A stretch of DNA of 64,000 nt from Eledone cirrhosa. Taxonomy: Eukaryota. The position numbers and the translations under genes are program-made. Shown in pieces: positions 55,373 through 64,000 of the stretch. How positions within the stretch are numbered: position 1 is the stretch's first letter; each line of letters opens with the position of its first letter. Below the pieces are notes generated by a model, which was not told the DNA's origin, searched no databases, and was given only the letters and a program-made list of their open reading frames with translations. Where the stretch lies: positions 7,254,001 through 7,318,000 of the forward strand of contig OZ024752.1 in assembly GCA_964016885.1 (NCBI GenBank), written 5' to 3'.

Positions 55373-58303
55373 ATTAAGAGAGAGAGAGAGAGAGATTAAC
55401 AGACAGACAGACAGATACATCTGTATTTGACTTCCATTGGTTCTGACAGCACCGTTTCATCTACCTCCCTACTTCATTTAATCCAAAGTTCTTGTCAGTC
55501 ACAACTCCTGTTTGAAAGTGGTGAGGTTTGACCTCCCAACCTCCAGATCCAGAACTAAACCTACATCAATTAATCCAATCTTCCAACTACTCTGTCCATT
55601 CACCATCTTTCTTTTCAAAGAACTGAATCTTTAGAAATAAAATACTTACCATAGTTAATCCTTTCTTCTCATGGATTTTCTTTTCATCAACGCTGTCTTT
55701 AATCTCCTGAAATAAAATAAAATAAAAACTGAGGTAAATAATTATCCTTTAATGTCTTATTTTCCAAGTTTGCATGGGTTGGGTAGGTCTTTATGCTGGA
55801 AAGCATTGTCAGACCCTCTACCGATACTGCCAATCCACCACCATATATCATATACAGAGTCCCAGGCCCATCTAGAGGGACAGTAACTGACTAATTACTG
55901 ACCTGGTCAGTATCAACCTGTCCAACTCATGTCAGCATGGAAGACTAGACAACATTAAATGATTCTGAAAACAAAGGTAACAATACTAAAATGAGGTTTA
56001 CCTGTTGTAATTTTTCTACAGATTCATCACGTTGAGCTATTTCAGCCCTCAATTCCACCTCGAGCTGTTTGTAACCCTGGAGGAAAGAAATTTAAGATAA
56101 CATAAATAAATCCTTCCATTATTAACCCTTTAAATGCCAACAATTATGTTTTTAAATAACTGATATATTAGGTTGTGTACAAACTCTCTCCTTTATATAA
56201 CCCTTTAGCATTTAAACCAGCCATATCCGGCCAGAATTCTCTCACCTCTTTCTGTTCAAACCGGCCATAACCGGCCACTCATACTGATATTAAGGTATTG
56301 TTCTAAATAATACCAAAATCTCATAGATTCGATACTATGTGAGATAATAAAAGTCTTTACCATGAAAATACAATAGTATATATAGAGTAATGTAAATGGT
56401 ATGCGAGATATTATGTGAGGTAAAGCCTTTACTGTGAAAATACAATAGTATATATAGAGTAATGTAAATGTTATGTGAGATATTATGTGAGGTAAAGCCT
56501 TTACTGTGAAAATACAATAGTATATATAGTATATATAGTAGATGTTATGTGAGATATTATGTAAGGTAAAGTCTTTACTGTGACAATACAATAGTATATA
56601 TAGAGTAATGTAAATATTATGTGAGATATTATGAGAGGTAAAGCCTTTACTGTGAAAATACAATAGTATATATAGAGTAATGTAAATGTTATGTGAGGTA
56701 TTATGTGAGGTAAAGCCTTTACTGTGAAAATACAATGGTATATATAGAGTAATGTAAATGCTATGTGAGATATGAGGTAAAGCCTTTACTGTGAAAATAC
56801 AATAGTATATATAGTATATATAGTAGATGTTATGTGAGATATGAGGTAAAGCCTTTACTGTGAAAATACAATAGTATATATAGAGTAATGTAAAGGGTTA
56901 AGGGTTAAGCCCGCCAGATGTTGAATAATGTAGTGCTATATACACTATATATCTATCTTTATGTCTGAAAATAGATGGTAGGCAGATCAAGGATAGAACG
57001 GTCTTTAATCATAAGCTTGCTTGACCAAGCTGACCTTGGGCTAAATAACAACAATCAGCAACTACTATACAACACATCTGTAATATCCACAGAAAATATC
57101 AGTTTCATGTCGTGATTCCAAGGAGATAAGAGAGATAATATACTTTAAACTTTTTATTATATTTCTAATGAAAGACACGGTCTTTGCTTTTAATACAATT
57201 TTGAAAATAATCAATTATTTGGAGTATTTAATAATATAAGTAACGCTCTCATTAGTGTTTGGAATACAGCATAAAACTATGCTGGAAGGTTTTTAGGTAC
57301 CGTATTTCCCGGGCCTCGAGGACACACGCTAATTTTGACAACCAAAAATTTGAAAAGAAAATAACAATCTTTGGCCTCCAGGACCCATGGTAGATTTTTG
57401 AGACTCATTTTAGGAAAAAGTAGCGTCTTCGACACCGGGAAATACAGTATTTTTAACCCGTTAAAACAAACAGTTTTATATAATAAAACAGGGGGGGGGG
57501 GGGGGGTATCAAAAGGGTTAAAGTGTGGGGAAGAAATCAAGTATTATTTATTCTATCCATAAAACAATCAGTTATGTAGTGTAGAGATGTAACTAAGGAA
57601 AATAGTGCATGTGGCAAGCTGTGAAATTGTGACCCTACCCAAATATTAGACCCTATTAAAATATTTGACAAATCACACTAAGAGGTAAGCCTATGCCATG
57701 TAGTTCCCAGCAACTCTGGGCTTAATAATTTATATAAATGGCTTAATGATCCAGCCACCACAGTGTTCTCACCCATGATAGAGACAGATCATACATCTGA
57801 AGAAGTCTCTTTTTTCCCCTCTGACGACAGCTTATCTGACTTTAATAGAAAGTGTTCCTAATCCCAGTGGTGCCCCCGACTTCAAGTAGCACCCATGGCA
57901 TGTGCCATGTTTGCCATACCCTAGTTACACCTCCGACTGTACTTAGCAGAAATATTAGATGAACCAATACCTCAAGATCTTGTTGAAATTTTTCTAACAT
58001 TTCATCTTTTTCCTGTTGGTATTTTTCTTGGGTCTCCAAAAGTGTTGATTCAAAGTCCTGCTTGTTAACCTTCAAATTGGTCTATAACAGAAAATGAAAC
58101 ATTATCATCATTTTAAGTTTGTTTTTCAGGCTAGTATGGGTTGGACAGAGTATCACAGTCTGAGACAAGATGGAACAAACCAGTAATCCACTCTGGATGT
58201 TTGCAACAGAGTGGATTCTGCTAAAAGCACCCAAGGGTCTGGTGGTGGTGGTGGTGGTGGTGGTGGTAGTATTTAAGCCTGGCAACAGATTAAGTCTACT
58301 TCC

Positions 58304-58343
<40 letters not shown>

Positions 58344-59181
58344 TATATATATATATATATGTATATATTTAATTCCAAAAAGAAACCAGAACATTTTTCT
58401 CTGAAAGTTCCTTATACTCTGAAGAAGGGAATTTTAAGTCCCAAAATATTAGGACAAAAGAAACAATAGCAACAACAACAAAATAAACAAAGATTACCAG
58501 GTAGCTAACTTCATCTTATCTATTTTGCATTGTTTAGCCTTATATAACTTTCCACATTTACAGAGTACCCGACCTCCCATGGGTACAAGCTGAAGCATAT
58601 AGACAATTTGCCCCCACACCCTCCCACTGCAAAGTGGTTGTGGAGGTGCCATGGCAAAAAAGCACCCAATCCACACTGTAAAGTGGACGTGTAGGCGCCA
58701 CGGAAAAAAAGCATCCAGCACTCACTGTAAATGAGGTTGGTGTTAGGAAAGGCATCCAGCTGTAGAAATCAAGCCAAAATCAGTTCCTGTATGAGCAAGG
58801 CATGGTCAGCTGACCAGACACTACCCACACAACAAGACAACCCGTCTAACCCATGCTAGCATGGAAGAACGGACGTAAAACGGTGATGATGATGATGATG
58901 ATGATGATACAATGTTTCAAGCAAACTACAACATTTTATTATATATAGAGAGACAGAAGGTTCAGTAAATCCATAGAAAACTGGGTACCAAAGTCAATAC
59001 TCATGCAAGAGCATATATAAGAACAAAGTGGAGGTGTTACATGAAGAATTGTGTTAACACTGGTCTGAGGATCAGGCAGAGCTGAAACCTGGTCTGGAAT
59101 ATTAACCCAGTTCATGAGTCAACTGTTTGTGAAACAATTGTAACCAAGACTGATCAAGAAATTCTTGATATAACCTTGTTC

Positions 59182-59243
<62 letters not shown>

Positions 59244-61078
59244 TACACAATATATTAACAAATGGAAACTATATTTATAAAACCATATTTATTTTATTAT
59301 ACATATTTCAAGAGCCACCAAGGTAAATTATGGTGCGCTTTCATCAGATAAAATACAATACAGATTAGTTTTATAAATAAATATTGACTTACCCTGAAAA
59401 AACTATCCAGGAAGCTCCAACTGTTAAGGTTGTCTTTTTTCAGGGTATGTCAATATTTATTTATAAAACTAATCTGTATTGTATTTTATCTGATGAAAGC
59501 GCACCATAATTTGCCTTGGTGGCCCTTGAAATATGTATAATGAAATAAATATGGTTTTATAAATATAGTTTCCATTTGTTAATATATTGTATATTTACTC
59601 CAATAATCTGTTGAGTGCTTTATATCAGTTATAAAAATATTTTTAAGCTTGTTGTATCCCAACAAATTAAATATAACCTCTAGATATATATATATATGGA
59701 AAATGAAGAATCGAAACACAATTTATTAACGTATTAAAAGCGTTTCTCCGCCGAACAGCTCGAGGTAGGATCTATTTGTAGATCAAACCTGACTCTGCAT
59801 TCACAAGTTCCTCAGATATGTCTAGTGACTTGAAAGCAAATCCTCTGCTCTAATTTGCAGTAGTAAAGCTCTGTCATAGCATGAAACATAAGGGTGTATA
59901 TTGAAACATAACACCACCACCCCACCACCACCACCACCGCAGCCATCAACACCCCACCACCAAACAACAATAAAGTAACCCACCTCAGCATCATTGAGTC
60001 TCCGCTGTAGCCAACCTTTAGTTTCTTCAGAAGAAACCAACTTGGTTTGAACCTTCTCAACCAACGACCGCAGTTTCTTCAACTCCGAACAATTTTCCTG
60101 AAGAATCAAATAAGAAATTGTCTTAAATAAACATTATATAACAGTAAAGACACATGGTCCAGTGGTGAGGGTCTGTCATGGTCCAGTGGTGAGGGTCTGT
60201 CATGGTCCAGTGGTGAGGGTCTGTCATGGTCCAGTGGTGAGGGTCTGTCATGGTCTAGTGGTGAGGGTCTGTCATGGTCTAGTGGTGAGGGTCTGTCATG
60301 GTCCAGTGGTGAGGGTCTGTCAAGATCTAGTGGTGAGGGTCTGTCATGATCTAGTGGTGAGGGTCTGTCATGGTCCAGTGGTGAGGGTCTGTCATGGTCT
60401 AGTGGTGAGAGTCTGTCATGGTCCAGTGGTGAGGGTCTGTCATGGTCCAGTGGTGAGGGTCTGTCAAGATCTAGTGGTGAGGGTCTGTCATGGCCCAGTG
60501 GTGAGGGTCTGTCATGGCCCAGTGGTGAGGGTCTGTCATGGTCTAGCGGTGAGGGTCTGTCATGGTCTAGCGGTGAGGGTCACACAGTCATGGTCTAGTG
60601 GTGAGGGTCTCACAATGAAATAGCTGTGGAATCAAGGAGAGACCCTGAAATAACAAACATACTTGTTCTTGGCACAGTAAGTCTTCAAGTTTCTGAAGTT
60701 CTGCTGTGTGGTCATGGTTCATCTGTTGTACCAATTCTCGGTGAGAATCACATTCTTTCTGGTATTTTATTGCCATTTCATCTATAAGACGTTTCCGTTT
60801 CTCGGCTACCTGCTCAGATAAACATTACATGTGTTACATATATATATATTTAAACAATTTTGAAAACCATACAAGGCACTAGAAAGAAAATTTAAATTGC
60901 TAAGTCATAGGGATGGTACCTTGATAAGGGGTTTTTAAACCCAAAAATATTTGAGATTATTAAATTTGCTAAGGTAATATTCTTTTGTTATCTTAGCAAT
61001 TTAAATTGTGTATGGTTTTTAAAATTATTTAAATTTGTGTTGCCTATTCAACAATGCTTCAAGCAAACTACAACACTG

Positions 61079-61138
<60 letters not shown>

Positions 61139-61501
61139 CAGTCCACGCTGTAAAGTGGTTGTGTAGGTAATACGGTAAAAAGCTCTCAGCCCACACTGTA
61201 AATGTGGTTGGTGTTAAGAAGGGCATCCAGCTGTAAAAAACCTACCAGACAGTCCTATACGAGCGAGACATAGTCACCCGACCAATCTTGCCTCAAATGG
61301 GACAATTCCCGCCTAACCCATGCTAGTGTGGAAGATAGACGTTAAATGATGATGATATAAAACTAATTTTAAGTTTAATCAATACCTATAAAATATATAT
61401 TGATAATGTTTCTCAGTAGAAAGTTCAATAAACTTCTGTTCAGAGTATGTATAATATAAATATAAAGGATATATAACAAGATATATCCATTGAGAAACTA
61501 G

Positions 61502-61537
<36 letters not shown>

Positions 61538-61914
61538 AAACGAAAAATCAGTGATGCATCTGAACTCAATTGTGTGTTACAATTGTTTCACCGGCGGACA
61601 GCTCGAGACGCGATCATTGTGTGGATCTGTCTGATTCTGGATCTTAAGATCTCTGATTCTAATGATTTCGGAGCAAGAATTTGCTCCGAAATCATTAGAC
61701 GTGTCCGTCGAACCTGCGAATCCAGAATCAGACAGATCCACACAATGATCGCGTCTCGAGCTGTCCACTGGCGAAACAATTGTAACACACAATAAATTGA
61801 GTTCAGATGCATCACTGATTTTTCGTTTTATATTATATCATACTCTGCTCTGTAAGACCATAGAGTGCTCAACCGCCATACCGCCTACGGAAGCATCTTA
61901 GCTACCATCAGACA

Positions 61915-61949
<35 letters not shown>

Positions 61950-63265
61950 ATAATAATAAATTTGAAGACTAAAATCCAAAGAGGGCTCGATAAGGATAAA
62001 TATATATCAAATATATAAGAACCGTTATTTTAATAAATATATATATATATGAAGATGGTGGTGGTGATGGTGATGATGATGATGGTGGTGGTGGTGATGG
62101 TGATGATGATGGTGGTGGTGATGGTAAAGATGATGGTGGTGGTGATGATGATGGTGGTAGTGGTGGTGATGATGATGATGGTGGATGGTGATGATGGTGG
62201 TGATAATGATGGTGGTGATAATGATGGTGGTGGTGGTGGTGGTGTATGCTATAAAAGACTTGCAATAGAGAACCAAACAAGTAAGAGGAGATCTTACCGA
62301 ACTGATTTCCTGTAAAGATTGTATTTGTGTATCCCGTTCCTGTTGTGCAGCGTAAAGTTGTTCGAGGGTGTGTTCACTGGCACGGTGACCTTCCTGGACA
62401 GGGGAATTAGAGAGCAGGAACAATGTCAAGGTCATATATATATATATTGGAAGATCACAAACATTGTCAAGGTCATATATATTGGAAGGTCAGACATATT
62501 GGAAAGTCAGAAATATTGACAAGGTCATATATATTATAAGGTCATTCAGTTTGAAACATTTGTCAAGGTCATATATATTGGAAGGTCAGAGACATTGACA
62601 AGGTCATATATATTGAAAGGTCAAAAACAATGTCATGGTCATATATTGGAAAGTCATCCAGTTTGAAACCTTTGAACTCAGAACGTAAAGGGCCATAACT
62701 ATGTGGCAAAGCATGGTGTCTGCCAATGCAGCCTATAATGGAAGTATAGTTACCAGAAGTTGTACTTTAAAGTCATCAAACTGCTGAGAATGGAGGGCCA
62801 ATTGTTTCTCTAGAACATTGATCTGCTGTTTGTACTCCTGCTCAACTTCATTGCGTTGTTGGTTGTTAACAATACTGGTAGCATCCACCTGTGGAGGAGG
62901 GGGGGAGAACAGTGTTAATACTGGTAGTATCACATGGTGGGGGGGGGGGGGGGCATTAGTGTTAATACTGGTAGTATCACATGGTGGGGGGAGACAGTGT
63001 TAATACTGGTAGTATCACATGGTGGGGGGGGACATTAGTGTTAATACTGGTAGTATCACGTGGTGGGGGTAGTATCCACATGTGGGAGGAGGGAGTGGTA
63101 CTATCCACATGTGGGGGGAGGGGCGTGGTAGTATCCACATGTGGTGGGGGAAATTTGAAATGTTCCAAAAATGGCCAAAGTTCTTACCATTTGCTGTAAG
63201 GCTATGTTTTGCTCCTCCAATTCCTTGATTTTAGAATACGAACAATTTTGAGAATCATCCAACAT
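46394..63265 (-). CDS. GRIPAP1: GRIP1-associated protein 1 (GRASP-1) orthologue, 3' portion; 14 coding exons in the window, 5' end beyond the window
   Basis: Manual splicing of 14 GT-AG exons gives one uninterrupted 508-aa coiled-coil ORF. I recognise GRIPAP1 motifs from memory: [52 protein letters not shown]...[51 protein letters not shown]. No BLAST was run. Confidence 0.93.
46597..47055 (+). mobile_element. RTE 3' fragment with an internally duplicated C-terminal segment, antisense in the last GRIPAP1 intron
   Basis: [16 protein letters not shown]...[10 protein letters not shown] occurs twice (46597-46750 and 46757-47055); tail matches 6870-6930. Confidence 0.88.
47542..48792. repeat. 78-bp minisatellite, 16 copies, overlapping a GRIPAP1 exon/intron junction
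   Basis: Period 78 (one 76-bp unit); each unit contains GCACCTCCAAAAG|GTGAGATAA on the minus strand. Confidence 0.97.
48780..48937 (-). CDS. GRIPAP1: GRIPAP1 penultimate exon ([53 protein letters not shown])
   Basis: ccacaacag|AT...AAG|gtgaga; 158 nt, phase 1/0. Confidence 0.93.
48940..50018. repeat. Compound (GGT/AGT)n repeat with about 13 copies of a 30-bp motif
   Basis: GTGGAATAGAGGTACATAGTAGTATAGGTG separated by variable trinucleotide runs. Confidence 0.9.
50314..50407 (-). CDS. GRIPAP1: GRIPAP1 exon ([31 protein letters not shown])
   Basis: ctttgtag|GTT...ACAG|gtgagc; 94 nt, phase 0/1. Confidence 0.93.
50439..50675. repeat. 86-bp tandem repeat, about 2.7 copies, intronic
   Basis: Units start at 50439, 50525 and 50611. 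Confidence 0.9.
50702..50809 (-). CDS. GRIPAP1: GRIPAP1 exon ([36 protein letters not shown])
   Basis: gtgtttcag|TCT...AAG|gtcagt; 108 nt, phase 0/0. Confidence 0.92.
50822..51318. repeat. 35-41-bp minisatellite, about 13 copies, intronic
   Basis: TAACATTAACATGTCTTAACTGATAACACTGTCACACA. Confidence 0.92.
51447..51556 (-). CDS. GRIPAP1: GRIPAP1 exon ([37 protein letters not shown])
   Basis: tattgcag|GT...CAG|gttcgt; 110 nt, phase 1/0; Ser-rich linker that restores the frame. Confidence 0.87.
51970..52565. repeat. 40-bp minisatellite, about 15 copies, intronic
   Basis: CACAGCAACTGTAGCTGTGTAAAATATGCACAGCAGTCAA. Confidence 0.95.
54016..54277. repeat. 54-bp repeat, about 5 copies, RTE-derived
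   Basis: Minus strand translates as ([18 protein letters not shown])n. Confidence 0.88.
54321..54420 (-). CDS. GRIPAP1: GRIPAP1 exon ([33 protein letters not shown])
   Basis: gtttcag|TTG...CAAG|gtaaga; 100 nt, phase 0/1; strongly conserved motif. Confidence 0.93.
54469..55191. repeat. 21-bp minisatellite, about 34 copies, intronic
   Basis: GGAGAGCTCACCACTCATGG(G/A), with variants in ordered blocks. Confidence 0.95.
55650..55706 (-). CDS. GRIPAP1: GRIPAP1 exon ([19 protein letters not shown])
   Basis: tatttcag|GAG...ATG|gtaagt; 57 nt, phase 0/0. Confidence 0.9.
56002..56076 (-). CDS. GRIPAP1: GRIPAP1 exon ([25 protein letters not shown])
   Basis: ttcctccag|GGT...CAG|gtaaac; 75 nt, phase 0/0. 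Confidence 0.85.
56197..56908 (+). mobile_element. MITE copy E with about 9-10 satellite units, in a GRIPAP1 intron
   Basis: ATAA-CCCTTTAGCATT...[units]...AAAGGG-TTAA; both ends present. Confidence 0.85.
57300..57447. mobile_element. Tc2/pogo-like MITE with TA target-site duplication
   Basis: TA-CCGTATTTCCCGG...CCGGGAAATACAG-TA. Confidence 0.7.
57971..58081 (-). CDS. GRIPAP1: GRIPAP1 exon ([37 protein letters not shown])
   Basis: tgttatag|ACC...GAG|gtattg; 111 nt, phase 0/0. Confidence 0.85.
59247..59590. repeat. Fold-back inverted repeat, 156-bp arms with a 32-bp loop
   Basis: 59247-59402 is the reverse complement of 59435-59590 with few mismatches. Confidence 0.92.
59984..60097 (-). CDS. 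GRIPAP1: GRIPAP1 exon ([38 protein letters not shown])
   Basis: ttcttcag|GAA...GAG|gtgggt; 114 nt, phase 0/0. Confidence 0.9.
60153..60610. repeat. 24-bp minisatellite, about 19 copies, intronic
   Basis: CATGGTCCAGTGGTGAGGGTCTGT. Confidence 0.95.
60663..60809 (-). CDS. GRIPAP1: GRIPAP1 exon ([19 protein letters not shown]...LLCQEQ)
   Basis: gagcag|GTA...CAA|gtatgt; 147 nt; carries the conserved AEKRK..DE motif. Confidence 0.9.
61529..61838. repeat. Nested fold-back element
   Basis: Outer arms about 61529-61642 and 61720-61838; inner perfect 18-bp stem CTAATGATTTCGGAGCAA / TTGCTCCGAAATCATTAG. Confidence 0.92.
62298..62393 (-). CDS. GRIPAP1: GRIPAP1 exon ([32 protein letters not shown])
   Basis: ctgtccag|GAA...TCG|gtaaga; 96 nt, phase 0/0. 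Confidence 0.82.
62420..62670. repeat. Degenerate 33-45-bp intronic repeat
   Basis: CAAGGTCATATATATTGGAAGGTCA motif occurs about 6 times. Confidence 0.7.
62766..62888 (-). CDS. GRIPAP1: GRIPAP1 exon ([41 protein letters not shown])
   Basis: cctccacag|GTG...TTTAAA|gtacaa; 123 nt, phase 0/0; donor is weak. Confidence 0.75.
63188..63265 (-). CDS. GRIPAP1: GRIPAP1 exon ([26 protein letters not shown])
   Basis: ctgccag|ATG...CAAATG|gtaaga; 78 nt, phase 0/0. Confidence 0.75.
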
Positions 63266-63399
63266 CTGGCAGACAAGAAACGAGACATTGTTTACTCATC
63301 ATCTTCATCATTGTTTTTGTCATCAACACAGCATCACAACACCTCACAACATTCATATCTTCCAATTCACAACACAAACTCACAACCCCCATCACTTTT

Positions 63400-63805
63400 A
63401 ATTCACAACACAACCACACAACACAACCACACAACACAACCACACAACACATCACATCACAACCACACAACACAACCTCACACAACACAACCACACAACA
63501 CAACCTCACACAACACAACCTCACACAACACAACCTCACACAACACAACCACACAACACAACCTCACACAACACAACCTCACACAACACAACCTCACACA
63601 ACACAACCTCACACAACACAACCTCACACAACACAACCACACAACACAACCTCACACAACACAACCTCACACAACACAACCACTCAACACAACCTCACAC
63701 AACACAACCACTCAACACAACCTCACAACACCTCAACACCCATCACTTTTAATTCACAACTACACAACACAACCTCACACCTCACAACACAACCTCACAA
63801 CACCC
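63400..63805. repeat. CACAACACAACCTCA-type 15-bp/pentamer repeat, intronic
   Basis: Direct reading. Confidence 0.88.
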
Positions 63806-64000
63806 TCAACAAGGCATTGGTCAACTAAGGATTACAATAGAAGACACCCGCGACCCAACCACATAATGAGACCCAACATGAAATGCTGCTACCACAAACC
63901 AACAAACCACACCGCCACACCTGTCACTATATCACCCTCCATTTCCTTGCAGCATAATCCACTGCACAGTCAATTTCCCACTTTACCTGTTGTTTAGATT

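Noticed and set aside
56893-56908. Telomere-like AAGGGTTAAGGGTTAA
   Set aside because: It is the duplicated MITE terminus, not a (TTAGGG)n tract.
62385-62600. Intronic repeat motif TGACCTTCC complementary to the downstream acceptor junction (G|GAAGGTCA)
   Set aside because: Only 9 nt of complementarity; plausibly chance.

Overview
Repeat-saturated, AT-rich eukaryotic DNA, most likely a coleoid cephalopod such as Octopus (inferred from the microsatellite density and the RTE-LINE/SINE families; not proven). One host gene is well supported. The 3' part of GRIPAP1 (GRASP-1) lies on the minus strand as 14 GT-AG exons from 63265 down to the stop at 46394 (1527 nt, 508 aa plus stop, reading frame intact across all junctions); its 5' end is outside the window. 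The rest is a decayed RTE LINE with several fragments, two tRNA-derived SINE families, TTAA-, TA- and hAT-type MITEs, long fold-back palindromes, about 20 different minisatellites and many microsatellites. Almost all long ORFs in the track are repeat artefacts. The most unusual observations are: (1) tandem repeats that copy GRIPAP1 splice junctions (16 identical 5' donors in a 78-bp array; decayed 3' acceptor copies with AG changed to AT; a 1.08-kb AG-free zone); (2) a piggyBac-like MITE carrying an expandable 60-bp satellite, seen in five states from under 1 to about 55 units; (3) minisatellites repeatedly arising from the same RTE ORF2 segment; (4) long hairpins inside the pre-mRNA. No novel protein-coding system, CRISPR array or true RNA gene is supported.
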